From NCBI RefSeq assembly GCF_006345805.1, contig NC_043003.1, forward strand, positions 36,270,001 through 36,334,000: DNA of 64,000 bases, read 5' to 3'. The translations under genes were made by a program, and so were the position numbers. The notes beneath the pieces are model-generated. The model searched no databases and was not told the DNA's origin. It saw nothing but the letters and a program-made list of their open reading frames with translations. The DNA comes from Octopus sinensis (Eukaryota). Position 1 is the stretch's first letter. Each line of letters starts with the position of its first letter. Positions 1 through 14,429 of the stretch are shown in pieces.

Positions 1-3000
1 AGATACATCTTAGTTAATGTTGAATTATCTATCTTTCTGATTGATGAGTCCTTCAATTTCTTCCAAATTAAGATTTCATTTCGAATACAGTGACGATGAT
101 TTGTGCAGCGCGTGTGAGTGTGTGTATATGTTATCTTATGTGAGCGTATTTTCCTGTTTGTATAAGAAAAGTGGAAGAATGAAATTAATCTGTTAACCTG
201 CTTTTTCTTCTCGATATCTCTCTTTCGATTTCCTTACCTTTTCATTTCTTCGCTTTCATCCAGATCTGCCAACACAGTAAGGTAGATTAGGGATGTTCTT
301 AAAACAAAGGTATTAGAATTATAATGCGAACGTCATACCAGCTTAAATTGCTTGGCCACATAATTTCCGTTGATAAAAGGTTTATACAGCTGCTGAATTC
401 TTAAGCAGTATCCATATTGTGAGTTTCCATTGAATAATGATAATTCTTAAGACACAACATGCTCCAATATAAGAATAAGAAATGGAATTCGAATGAGGCA
501 GAGATAGATATTCATAAACAAATACAATTGTTGAGTAGAATATTTACAGGTTAAACAGAAAATGCAGTATGAAAGATAAGTTACAAATTATAGGTTTTCT
601 TTCACAAGTTATAAACTCTATATAGTTAGAGGAGCTGTGTTATGTACAAACGTGTTGAGCAAGGGCAAATATCAGGCTCTCATGTAATTTAGAGGTGGAG
701 CGTCTAACATTAAAAACTATTTTGCTTAATCTCGTCAAATCGCTGAATAGTCCTAAATACGTTCTCTTCTAAAGACATACAGTCGTAGGATACTAAGCTT
801 AATTTTTAATATGTAGTATTTTGATAGTAAAGTTTGTGTACAATGTATGTTATGTGTTTTGCTTTCTCTTATTACATTACATGGAATCTACATCAACTGC
901 ATCTGCCTCGATTCAGTCCAAAGCCATAAAACTGTATGTCATGCCAAGAGTTTCTGATATATTGCTGACAATATTCTGGCAATATATTTTGATAATTGAG
1001 ATATGATTCTAAAATGTGTTTCGCCTTGTTAGAATTCTCATCCTTATCGTTTGTATAGCATGCTCTCTCTCTCTTTATCTCTGTCTCACATACACAGATG
1101 CATGAAATAGACTCACAGATGCACATAGGCGCATACAGAATGTTAACAAAAGCTTTTGTATACTAAAGAATTGTCCATTTATTTTATATCTCTCCCTACC
1201 TGTAGTTCCAAATCAGCAGTTCGGCTGATTAATCTCCTTTAAATAACTTCTAGTTCTGTCCCTCTATCGAGTTTATATGATTATTGAAATATGCTTACTA
1301 ATTTACTTAAGAATACAGGGAAGCTTCATCAGCTGATTATCATCCGTGGCACAAAGTGGCCATGACTATACAGACGTTGGTGTATAACCACCTTTCCTTT
1401 CTCTCGCTATGTATAGCCAAATCGTATTTATTTATTGAAGGCATTAAACTAATCACCAATAAAGAAAATGAAAACCAGATGTAACGCCCCTTCGCAATAT
1501 CCCCAAATTTTTCTTGCATTCTAACGATCATAAGAATGTTTGCCACTTTTTCAATGTTACCTAACGGAATCCACTATGGTGCCATTTTATTGATGTTCTT
1601 CGGGAATTTTGACATCCCATTCATGTAAAAGCTAATCGAAAGCCATCTTGCAAGAGATCCACGCCGGTGACTATTTTTGTATACATTCACGGTTTTCAGT
1701 ACCTAATATTTAACAAGTGGTCAATTGGGTCTTAGGATTTTTCCTGCACCTAATACTTTTCTACAGTAAACTTCTTCTTGTAAATGCTTAATGATTATTT
1801 TACAAAGCAATTTAGGCATTATTAAGAAACAAATCTCGTTGCATAGATACATGGACTATATTTTTATCTCCTTATTAGAAACATGTTTGCCCAACTAATG
1901 AGGAACCAACGATGTGTTTGGTCGGCTCACTATTAAGAGGTCGTTCAATTGGATATTGCTTCGAAACCACGGGTATCAAATGAAAGCCACAGTAAGTTAA
2001 AAAGACGTACTCTGTTGCAATTTTGTGACAGACCTCTATATTCCTTTCATAGGAATGTTTTCTTACGTGTTATTTTATTTACTAGAATATCGAATGAATT
2101 TCCTGTCCTCTTCTCCAGAAGATAAAAAAGAGTAGGACATGATGAATATGAAAGTGCATAAAAACATAGATAAACCATGATGCATGTACAATAGATCATT
2201 AAACAAATGATTCACATTTACGTTCATAGACGGTTCAGCTCCTCAAAGCGAAAAATACTTCCAGGAAACTTGGTGATTTTTTACGCATACATGTGTAACT
2301 AATTGATCTAAACTTTATGCAAAGTTTACGATACCTCAAAACCTACAGGGTCGTAAGAAGCATTTTTTCTAGATTTCAATGTGAGGCTAGAATGCATTAT
2401 GAAGTAGGGAGTGGTTAAACAGCTGAAAGGTTCATTTTACTCAAGTTAATTACAGGAGAGATCTCTTCCAACATGCACATAAATTTCCGATAGAAGGTAG
2501 CCTCTTATCTCAAGATATTGAGATTAATAATAAGATATTTCTAACAGACTTCAACCATTTATATTATATATTATGAATGATGAAATACTATTTCATAATT
2601 CCTCTCCTTTTAAGTATTTACGTTATACAAGTAAATTGATGTTTTATAAATTTATGGGATTTGTCATCCGAAAAAGTTGACAATCTTTTTTTTACTTTTA
2701 CTTAATCTACTTACATCTATAAACATTTCAACTCATTCAAATATGTTTATTGGTGTTTCAATGAATCACTTCCTCGCTTTCGTCAGACTGATGGTTAGAA
2801 ATCATTAGATAAATCTAGTGTTGGAAGCCTTTAAACTGATCCTACGTTTCACTATTTTCGTGGAATAATCTCATTTATATCTTGCACTTCCTTTCAAAAC
2901 ATACTTTCCAGCAATGATAAAATACAGCATTAACACAATATGAAGCTGATTTTAGACATACTTGAGTCTGGTTGTAAAATGTAGAAGAAAAATATCATGT

Positions 3001-3085
3001 AAATATTCAGAACTGCGCTATTTTGCAATTTTCATATGAATTGGATCGCTAAATCTTCAGGCTTCCAATACTTCTTTGAATAAAA

Positions 3086-3470
3086 GCGGCGAGCTGGTAG
3101 AAACGTTAGCACGCCGGGTGAAATGCTTAGCGGTATTTCGTCTGCCGCTACGTTCTGAGTTCAAATTCCGCCGAGGTCGATTTTGCCTTTTATCCTTTCG
3201 GGGTCGATTAAATAAGTACCAGTTACGCACTGGGGTCGATATAATCGACTTAATCCGTTTGTCTGTCATTGTTTGTCCTCTCTGTTTTTAGCCCCTTGTG
3301 GGTAGTAAAGAAATAGGTATTTCGTCTGTCTTTGTGTTCTGAGTTGAAATTCCGCCGAGGTCGACTTAGCTTTTCATCCTTTCGGGGTCAATTAAATAAG
3401 TACCAGTTGCGTACTAATCGACTAGTCCCCTCCCCAAAAATTTCAGGCCTTGTACCTAGAGTAGAAAAGA
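3086..3470 (+). mobile_element. tRNA-derived SINE, family A, with an internal tandem duplication of about 185 bp
   Basis: Head GCGGCGAGCTGGTAGAAACGTTAGC and B-box-like GAGTTCAAATTCC. The block GTATTTCGTCTG...GAGGTCGA(C/T)TT...CATCCTTTCGGGGTC...AAGTACCAGTT occurs twice. Homologous copies lie at 47778-48186 and 20088-20230 (minus). Confidence 0.8.
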
Positions 3471-3676
3471 CTACGCCTTTGAAGTTTGTCGAACGTACAA
3501 TCCCAGAGACATTTTTATCATAGAAATGTAATACACTTCCATTATTATGCTGGGATTTTATTTGAAAATCAAGAGTTAGTACTTGTATATTGATTCATAT
3601 AACAAATATAAAGTTTAAGAACCTATTGGGTATTTTGAAGACGCTATTTACTTATATGATCATTTCAAGGAGACAA

Positions 3677-3785
3677 AACCACATGGCTCCGGGTTCAGTC
3701 TCACTGCGTGGCACTGTGGGCAAGTGTCTTCCGCTATAGCCTCTTGATAGCGAGTTTGGTAGACAGAAACTGAAAGAAGTTTGTC

Positions 3786-3820
<35 letters not shown>

Positions 3821-4095
3821 CATATGGGAGGGGTGTTTGTTTGTTTGTGTGTGTGTGTGTATTTGTGTGTGCGTGTGTGTTTTGTATCTGCATTTGTCTC
3901 CTTATCAGCGCTTGACAACGGGTGCCGGTGTGTTTACGTGCCCGTAAGTTAGCGGTTCGGCAAAGGAGACAGATAGAATAAATACTAGTCTTAAGAAAAT
4001 AAGTCCTGGGGTCGATGTGTTCGACTAAAATCGTTCAATGCGGTGCTCCAGCATGGCTACATTCAAATGACTGAAACAAGTAAAAAGAAACAAGA
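3677..4095 (+). mobile_element. tRNA-derived SINE, family B, with an internal (TA)n/(TG)n microsatellite
   Basis: CCGGGTTCAGTCTCACTGCGTGGCAC head region, internal microsatellite, and tail GCGGTGCTCCAGCATGGC...CTGAAACAAGTAAAA. Colinear with copies at 13662 and 17461. Confidence 0.8.
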
Positions 4096-6630
4096 ACTGA
4101 TTTCTTTAGAGCTGTTGATATTATTCTACAGGGAAAATGGCCAGAATCATCAGATATCTTTCTTATACAAAATTGAATCATACAAATAAATTTGCAGCTT
4201 ATAAAAGTAGAACTTACTCCAGAGAAATAAAATAATTTGGCTCGAAACAAATGTGACGGTAGTGATTGTGTATACACGTACTACAATGGTATGTTATGTG
4301 GTAGACAGCATAATATTGATATTGTAATTGTGTATATAACATTCAGTTTATCTGCTTTTTATTAGCAAACACGTTTCGTGTTTTGTTTTCATCTACATCG
4401 TGAATTACAGTAGAGCGTATTCTTTCTGTAGGCTATTCAGGCTTTTGACCGGGGCTGTATGCTGATAAGCTATGAACAAAATTCACACAGCATATTATCT
4501 CTGTATAATTATTTCTGCAGATAGAAGCTACTTTGAAATATAATTTGCCCTGTCCTGGCAATGACCGCTCTCTCAAAGAAGGTGATGATGAAGAAATAAA
4601 ATGTTCAAAGAGGCGTCACAAATGACTTCTAATTGTAATCCTCTGAAGTTATGTGTGGCTACCCATTATATCGACCCAAAACCGACACACACTATATGAA
4701 AAATAATTTGCCATATGATAAAATCGATTGACTATAGCAAAGAATCCTTGCATCAGTAAAAGTATACAATGCTTATGTGTATATTGAAATAAGTTCATCA
4801 GTTACGGCTTTAAGCTTTTTGTATAGAAATGGCGAGGAAGAATTGCGATAAATTTACACCTGAGATGTAGAATACAGGAGAAAGGAACAAGAGAAATTAT
4901 TGAATTAATGTGTCTAAATGTTGCATAGATACTATGTCTTGCTATATTAATAACGTGTTAGAGGTGGAGGCACTTTAGCGGTCTTATAGATTCTACATTC
5001 ATTACAAATGCCCCAACTTCAGCAGTTAATTATTAATTGTTGAAAGGAAAAGCGAAAGATATTTGAAAACAGTGCGTGGACAGAAATCATAAGACTACTG
5101 TCATTCGATTGTTCACAACAAATCACGTGGATAAACCTGATCGACGTATACTGAAGTGTAAATCATGATATAGATTAAAAAACAAAATATGGAATTCATT
5201 TTCTAATAAATAAGCGGATAACCTGAACGCAATACATATAATATATGTATCAACGTTAACATATCAACGTTATCAGTGCTCAGCACTTCATATACTCTGT
5301 ATTAACTATACCTTAGCAACGCCGTCAGTTATATTTCAGCCACAATATTTTTAGTAATCTGGAGTAAGCTCCACATTTATATACTGCTACTCTATTTTCT
5401 ATATGTTTTCATTTTGCATTGGATATATGTCGAAAGATTGTGCCCATTTTCGCTGAAGAGTAATATCAAAAGCTCTAAGCAAATCATTCGAATAATTTGA
5501 CCAAAAGTAAATGAACAAAGTTTGTTTTTCTTCGAAATACTGAATTATGGTGGTTGGGTTTGGTACACAAATTTGGAAGGTCTGACCATTGTTTGGGTCC
5601 GAAATGCCAAACGTTACAAAGCAGTATAACGATTACTGGGGTCAATAAATGAATCAGAGTCGTATGACACATGAACCACAGATGTGAATCTCACTTTTCT
5701 AAATATCAAAGTCGTGGTCTTTTCTTTTCAAATTTTAGATCTTAGATCATCGACTGGAGTCTCCTAACAATAACGATGACCAACTGAAGCAGTGTTTGGC
5801 CATTAATTTGAGATTTTTCTGTCTCCGAAATGTAATATTCTTCATTTTGTAATCAATGTTGTCTTTATCAAATACATGTTATTTCTTTTAGAAACACTAT
5901 ACATTTCCAAACTCTGACAAGAAACAGACGTAATTGCTCATTCATGAGTCATGAATATTATAATCAAAATCTATGACAATCATTGCCACTAAAACAGCCG
6001 AGAGCAATTCCCCCCTCTTTTTCTACTTGAATCTCTCCGGTCAGGTATTGTTTTGCTGGAGACTATTTACATATATATTCTCTATTGTTCTGATTACTAG
6101 TAGCTACATAGGCAGGGCTTGGATGTCCAATATTTGTAGTACGCTATTATTATTTAGGTCAACTGTAGCGGTAATATTACTATTACACTTCCTAACATTC
6201 ACACCATTATTTATATCACCACATTCATTGCTCCTGCGAAATAATTTTTTCCATTCGCGCTTTACCACTTCGATTTTCAACATCATCGGGCAATTTCCAC
6301 TTTTGCAAAGTAAGTTGTTACTGTCCACGTAGCTAGACATTTTTTTGTTGTTGCTGTTGATAGTTAATGTTTGTTCATAACGGGAAGAGTATGAGTTGAA
6401 TTAGTTCCTTTGGTTCCGGTATTGGTGCACTGTTGTCCAGTAGGATTTGCGAATATCTATAACGGTAGAAGAAAAGGAAAACAACCTCTTCGTCCATTCG
6501 TTGTCTTGTTTTCTTTAGATATCTTTGCGTTGCTATATCCTGAGATATATCAGTCTAGCCTTTACGAATTTGACACTTTATCCTCGTAAAGGATATGCCT
6601 TTAAATAACAATAACAATGATAATAATAAT

Positions 6631-6774
6631 TCCTTCAGTTTCCACCTACTAAATCCTCTCACGGTACTTGGGTAGACCCTAGGGTACAGCAAAAAGCACT
6701 TCTCCAGGGTGCCACAAAGTGGGACTGGACCCGGAACTGCGATGTTGGGGAGTAAACTTCTTACAAGACAGCCA
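6631..6774 (-). mobile_element. SINE family B head fragment
   Basis: Reverse complement reads TGGCTGTCTTGTAAGAAG...CCGGGTCCAGTCCCAC...GGAAACTGAAGGA, homologous to the other family B heads. Confidence 0.65.
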
Positions 6775-7261
6775 GTGATCTACAAACAGGACCATTCACG
6801 TTTCAAAGCAACTATGGCAGAAATAGTTCGAGTGTCGAGAAATATATTTTACTTTATTTCTTCCGTCGCTTTACGTTCTGACTGTAATTCCGTCGAAGTC
6901 AGCTTTCACTTGCGTCAATCAATTGTCGGTAAAATAAAGTAGCAACCGAGTAATTGTGCTAATAAGATCATCTAACTTCTAAGCTTTAAAATTTGCTAGC
7001 CTTATGCATAAATTCAAATTCATGGTACTTTAATTTCTCCCTTTTTAATCTTTCTTCATTCTCATTATTGCAAGCATATTCAACATCACCATCATTAATT
7101 TCATTAACTTCATCATTATTGATGCAAATGTGTGGCTGTGTGGTAAGAAGCTTACTTCCCAAATACTTGGCTTTGGATTTAGCACCGTTGTGTCTTCTGT
7201 TTTAGCCTCGAGCCGACCAAAGCCTTGTGAGTGAATTTGGTAGACGGAAAGTGAAAGAAGC

Positions 7262-7630
<369 letters not shown>

Positions 7631-7841
7631 GGGTACAGGACACCAAAAAAACGTCGAACACAATGAGAAGCGAAGACATAAACACAAAACCAAGGAACTG
7701 GACATTTTTCTTAAACAACGGAAAAATAGAGTACAGGACAAATAACACAAGGAAAATTCCCCTTCTTCAGTCGCCATAGTTTCATCTACTCTGCGTTTCG
7801 AAGGTGAAGGCGATACGCATCTTCGATAGAAACTTTCCTTC
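7631..7841 (-). mobile_element. Short (TA)n-adjacent repeat with hammerhead-like fragments, possibly a Penelope pLTR relic
   Basis: The minus strand has CGAAACGCAGAGTA and CTGAAGAAGGGG, but they do not fold cleanly into one ribozyme. It lies inside the microsatellite of a SINE. Confidence 0.3.
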
Positions 7842-8336
7842 ATACATATATGTATATGTGTGCGTGTGTACGTCAGCGAGTGTGTATGCGTGTGTTTGTG
7901 TGTGTGTGTATATTTCACTTATTCCCCAATCCACCACTTGACAACCGGTGTAGATGTTTTTATATCCACGAAACCTAGGTATTCGGCAAACCGGACTTCA
8001 ACAAAATAAGTACCGGTGTCGATTGGTTCTACTAAAATATTTCCAGGCCTCAGTCTAGTGACTGATACAAGTAAAAGAATAAAAAGAAAAATGAAAGAAT
8101 AACGACTACATTCACTAGCATCTTTAACATAATCGCCATTATCATCATAATTATTTTCACCCATATATCATTAAATAATTCATCCTCTACATTTATTTTT
8201 TCCTATCCACTTATTCTGTGCGTCATGCACACTAAGAAACATACGCATTTTATTTTATTCCATTTTATCATATATATGCGCGTGTGTGCTTCTGTGTGTA
8301 TGTGTGTGTGCGTGTGTAAATATATATATATATGCC

Positions 8337-8404
<68 letters not shown>

Positions 8405-9221
8405 TACATATATATATATATATATATAATATATATATATATATACATATATATATACATGCACATACATATATATATAAACACACACACACATATATAT
8501 TCTACACGAATTGATTTATCTACTTTTCATCGTTATCGTTGTATACACGTTTTTCTTCTTTCTTTCCCGTCGACTCCTACTTATTCCTTTCCATCTTCTT
8601 TTGCATATATCTTTTATTTTTCTTTCTTTATCAAGATCTAAATTGACGTTGTCACACATATCTTTTCTACCCACCCCGCTTCAATGAAACCAGTACCATA
8701 TTCCAACCGCTTTGCAATATTCGTGCCTCAATGTTTTTGTTTTTCTTATTCTCCTTTCCGTCGCCATAATTTGAACTTTTCTTCCTGCTTTTTTTTTGCT
8801 GTATCGTAGAATTTTCGTTCTTTTTTTTTTCTTCTTTTCTATGCTCTATCGTAGTTTCCTATGGCTCACTCCCTTTTTAATGCTACTTGTTTATTCCAAA
8901 ACATTCACCCACCCAACCATCACGAGACGTGAGATCTCTACTCTGTTTTCAATTATACAACACATTAATCTCGCCTTAATCCAGCTACAGACCAATGCGC
9001 CAAATCTGCCAATTCACTGTATCAGTAAACAACAAATCGAATTGAAGAACAGTGAGACGCGAGAAAAGCGGTTCTGCACACGCGATTTTTACATTAATGA
9101 AATTTGACCTGCCTGGCTATTATCTTGAAGAACCTTGTCCTCTTCCAATTCCTCTACGACTATCACTGGCAACACAGTTCTTGCAAATGCTACCGTTGCC
9201 AGCTCCACAACCATTTTATAT

Positions 9222-9320
9222 ACTACTACTACTACAACGACAATGACGACGACGTGGACAACGACGACGAGGAAGACGACGACGATGATGACGACCACCG
9301 TGACCACAACCATCACCATA

Positions 9321-9404
<84 letters not shown>

Positions 9405-9537
9405 TGCCGTTGCTTCAAGTACAGCTGCTACTACTTCTATCACTACAACTACTACAACTACTACTACCACTACCACCAGCATTAAGACTAGCTCTACTAA
9501 TACTACTACTATTAAAACAACAACAGCAACAACAATA

Positions 9538-9634
<97 letters not shown>
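9222..9634. repeat. Chain of trinucleotide repeats: (ACT)n, (GAC)n, (ATT)n, (ACT)n, (AAT)n
   Basis: Visible directly; the source of the poly-T/L/I/Y ORFs in the track. Confidence 0.9.
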
Positions 9635-9636
<2 letters not shown>

Positions 9637-12164
9637 CTGCCCCTCAACAAGCGAAAGTGAGAGGCTCTACACTATCCGTTTACTGAGATTTTCAACAATC
9701 ATGACCTATCATTTTAAAAAAGGGACACATTAGATAATACAATAATATATAAAAGCCGTCGAAATGGTCGCAGTAGGAATATATATAATCATATCACTGC
9801 TCAATTAGCCATGGCATACACCTCTACAACAACGTCAGTCACTGTAGCTGAATGCATTGGTCGAAGTGTCTGCTAGAGAGAACTACCAAATCACTCTCAA
9901 AAATCTACCAGACATCGTGCAATGTAGTCCTTTCTAGTAAGAAAAACACGTGATAGCCAAGTCTGTAACTCAACAATGAAGCCTTTAATTTATTGAAAGA
10001 ACCAACACCGGCAGCAACATCAGGTGCAGTAGTAACAATAACAAAATACTATCAAGGGCAATAGAACCACATCCTAAGAACACGTTTAACAGATCGCTAA
10101 TACACATCATATTGTTTTCTCTATAATACACAAATACACAGACACACGTACGTAGACATAGATTTATACTTAGTTCATCAGTATACATTCAGTATTTTCC
10201 CCACAGAAAGTCTCTACATCTTTATTTGGGTATTAGATATGTATATTTGTGTATGTGTATGTGTGTACATGTTTATGTGGCTGCGCACGAAATTTTGCCT
10301 GTACAACCTTAAATCATATAAGGCTTGATACGAATATATAATCTTTTAACTAAAATGTTATACAACATTTTGGCGCCATTGTGTAACTGTAACCATATGA
10401 TCAATGTTGTTGACATGTTCCACCTGTTGTGCTATTGTTCTGTTTTCCGCTAGAAACCCCTGTAGGGATGAGGTGAAAATATTTAATGATGGTATTTTTG
10501 TTCAAAGTTACGTCTCTTCATTGACCAAGTTCCTGATTTTCCCATGAAATATTTCATTCGTCTATCAAATTCTCTCTCATGTCAATTCATCTTAAATTTT
10601 AACGTCAAATCTCGGGGTTTTCCTGTATTTTAAATATGCGGTAACCACGCTGTTTTTCCGAAATAAGATTAGAGAGGGTAACATCCGTGTTTATATCAGT
10701 AAGATATTGTACAAATATTCGTGTGTATAAAGGCTTGCTTCTCCACGTTTGTGAGCTATGATGGCGTTTAAATCATACCGTCTACCTTTCATATCTCTCA
10801 CGGTTATACGCAAATTTGTTTCACTTATAAATTTGTTTCACTTTTAATGTAAAAAAACTTTTGCATGACCGTAAATTAGCGGCTTTAAATATTCTCTAAA
10901 TTTAAATTTAATGACGATAGATTTCTGAAGCTAACTAACAATCTCATGAAGATACATTATGAACGGCTCTACTGAACTTAAACTCTCTAAAACAGCGGTA
11001 AATCAAAATGGGACTGTGCTCTCTCATATGGTACAGAGTTGCAGATACGCATATAAAAATTATAAACTGCATGCAAGAGAAAATAACCAGCTGGTTTTCA
11101 TGGAAGTACTGTACATTTTAATGTGACAATTTAGCCCCATATTAATGGCTTCTACATTTTGAAAATAGCTGGTTGCAGATTACAAAACCTCTTTTAGCCT
11201 CTACACACATGTTTGCCCCTCTCCTATCACACTTACAGCATTTCCTACCCATATCTGCATTATCAGGTATATTGAAATCTTCTGTCGCAATGCGTCAGAC
11301 CACTGCTACTGACACTGAGCAATATTGTTTTTTTTTTCTTTTTCTGGGAGATATCGACATGTTGTTCAGAATAACTGAAGACCGAATCATTTGAAAATGT
11401 TATGAGATTAGTTGATTTCATTGGTACTCCAGCACAACAATATATTACAAGTTTTCCTGTTATCATTTATGTCTGATTTGTACAGGATATTCCTTTTCCT
11501 TTTTTACTCTGTAAAAATAAACAAAAGAATTAACGGCCCCTTCATTATTGATCTCTGAGCTAAATTTTCTTCCAGTAAGGTTACACAATTCTATAATTGT
11601 TTCATTATCTTTTATTAACATTCTACATTAAAAAAATATTGAATTGGTTATCTCATTTGTTTACAACTTGTAATTGGTAACCCATTGCGTATTATTTCAT
11701 CAGATGCATTAACAGCGATTTGGTTCGTATCTGCAATATCATATACCAATATAATATACCGGTTTACGCAGCTATAAGTAGGGAGACATAACCAAGAACT
11801 GAATGCGCAAGACTCATGCATAGTTAATGGCGTTTAACAAGCTTATAATGTTGAAAACTAGTCCTCTGTTCAATTCAGGCTTGTTAGTAGTGATGTATAC
11901 ACAAACACCTGACACGGTATAAAAGTATTTTAGAAGGTGTAGAAAAATTCAATACTACTTGAACGCCATAGCATATGAAGAACTCCTTAATTCGTGTACA
12001 TACAAAACAGTGAATATAAACATTATATAAATTTCAACTAACCAGATTCATACCACATCATGAAAATCAGAATTCATAAATAAATAGGGAAATGTGGATT
12101 ATGATTTTATTCACCTAAGTAGATTTTCATCTTCAAATTAAATAAAATATCAGCTGTAAAAATG

Positions 12165-12325
12165 TATATATACATACATACATACTTTCATACATACAAG
12201 CTTGCAAGCATACATACATACATACATACATACATACATACATGAATACATACATACATACATACATACATACATACATACATACATACATACATACATA
12301 CATACATACAAACATACATATATAC
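12165..12325. repeat. (CATA)n tetranucleotide array
   Basis: Visible directly in the sequence. Confidence 0.95.
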
Positions 12326-12622
12326 GTAGATCGTGTGTACTGTGGTTGTCATGTACTACAAAAGAAAAACTCATTTCTAGACCAAATAATTTTATGGATT
12401 AAATTTTAAAATCGTGAAAAGAGTCGAATGGAATAAAGAAACCTAATTAATAACTTTTTATCTTAAGCATTACTAGGAAATTAAAGTTTCTAGTCTTAGG
12501 CAATCATATATAGCGACATTTCATTCTTGTTAGAATGTATTTCTTTGCGTAGATACACATTCGAACACATACACACATACACATATATGTGTGCGTCTGT
12601 GTATGTATGCATATGTATGTAC

Positions 12623-12682
<60 letters not shown>

Positions 12683-13017
12683 CATTGGGTTGTCCGGAAA
12701 GTTCGTGCCGATTTTTAAAGTAATACTTGCCATTACATTTTCCTCAACCAAATATGAACGATTTTGTTGCACAATGTGTCTCCATCTTTCCTTTAACTTG
12801 AAAATACCCTCTTCCCAGAATTGAGGTGGTTTCATGGCAAAGAATTCATCAAGGTATCATTTTATGTCATCCAAGGAATTGAAATCTTTACCATTAAGAT
12901 TATTCTGCAGAGACCTGAATACGTGGAAATCCGAAGGATCAATATCTGGTGAATATGGAGGGTGGGGTAGCACATCCCAGCTGAGCTGCAACAATTTTTG
13001 TCTGGTTTCCAAAACAT
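12683..13017 (-). mobile_element. mariner transposon 3' remnant (transposase C-terminus plus terminal inverted repeat, TIR)
   Basis: Minus-strand translation WDVLPHPPYSPDIDPSDFHVFRSLQNNL...ERWRHIVQQNRSYLVE has the mariner HPPYSPD motif and one internal stop. TIR-like TTGGGTTGTCCGGAAAGTTCGTGCCGATTT sits beside the (TA)n. Confidence 0.85.
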
Positions 13018-13661
13018 CAAGTGTCGAAATTGAACTTTCTTATCTTCTATTTTAAAGGGTTACAAAATTAACACAGGTTATAGGAACATCATTTTTCTTC
13101 CACGAAAAGATAGCTTAAACTGTGCTGTAAATGGATTCAATCATACTTTATATATCTATGTGTGTATGTGTGCGTATGTGTGTACGTGTGTACGTGTGTG
13201 CGTGCACGTCTGTGTGTGTATGTGTGTGTCTATGTCTGTGTGTGTATAAATGTCTGTCTGTCTGTCTGTCTGTGTAGTTCAACAGCCCTGTCTAGACAAT
13301 GAATTGCAAGCTCTAAAATACCAGTCTGAGAAGCGCTTTGAAACGAGAAACTCACAACAGAGTCGCGATCTGTAAGCACCTAATAATTTATAAACATCGA
13401 ATTATTAAATTAGAAAACTTATTTGAAAAACCATGCCTATTAATTTTCCAAAAAGTTTTATACAATACCAAGGATTTTCTATTTCTAATTCTGTAATAAT
13501 TATATATATATGTATATATCTATACCTATATAGAAGTATCATCCTATTACTTTCTATGTGTGTATTTGTGTGTGTGCATGTATACATATACATATAAATA
13601 TTGCATGTGTATCTATGTATATTAATATTTAATTTTTATTTTGTAATAAATATAATTGTAT

Positions 13662-14090
13662 AGGTGAAGGAGTGGCTGTGTGGTAAGTAGATTGCTTACC
13701 AACCACATGGTTCTGGGTTCAGTCCCACTGCATGGCAACTTGGGCAAGTATCTTCTACTATAGCCTCGGGCCCACCAAAGCCTTCTGAGTGGATTTGGTA
13801 GACGGAAACTGAAAGAAACCCGTCGTATGTATATATGTGTGTGTGTGTGTGTGTTCGTGTGTGTGTGTGTGTTTGTGTGTTTGTGTGTCTGTGTTTGTCC
13901 TCCCAGTATCGCTTGACAACATATGCTGGTGTGTTTACGTCCCCGTAACTTAGCGGTTCGGCAAAAGATACCGATAGAATAAGTACTAGGTTTACAAAGA
14001 ATAAGTCCTGGGGTCGATTTGCTCGACTAAGGGCGGTGCTCCAGCATGGCCGCAAATCAAATCACTGAAACAAGTAAAAGAGTAAAAGAG
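13662..14090 (+). mobile_element. tRNA-derived SINE family B, the most complete copy
   Basis: A-box-like TGGCTGTGTGGT, B-box-like GGTTCAGTCCC, internal (TG)n, and tail GGCGGTGCTCCAGCATGGCCGC...CTGAAACAAGTAAAAGAG. Confidence 0.85.
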
Positions 14091-14429
14091 ATTAAATTGA
14101 AGAATATCTTAATACATTTAGCAAGGTATAAATGTATTGCTTTTTAAAAGAAGAGTATTGACATTGATTTCGAAGTTTCGGTTGCTAAGCCATCGTCGGC
14201 TATATGTGTGTGTATATGTATATAAGTATGCATGTATGTATGCATGTATGTATGTATGTATGCATGATGTATGTTTGTGTGTATGTATGTATGCATATAT
14301 ATATATGTATAGTTTACTAAAGACATTTGATTTATATATATAAGATATATTTGTTAAATAACTGAACACCTCTTACGTAGCAAGTGAGCAATTTTAAATA
14401 GAATGTGCGCACAAGTTTTCGATAACTAT

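Noticed and set aside
3057-3523. ORFs repeated at about 3.1 kb and 47.8 kb (e.g. LRSEFKFRRGR...)
   Set aside because: They are translations of SINE family A; the recurrence reflects the repeat.
11165-11270. Minus-strand GRKCCKCDRRGANMC, loosely like a piggyBac C-terminal Cys-rich domain
   Set aside because: Cys spacing is incomplete, and I could identify no DDD domain or TIR nearby.
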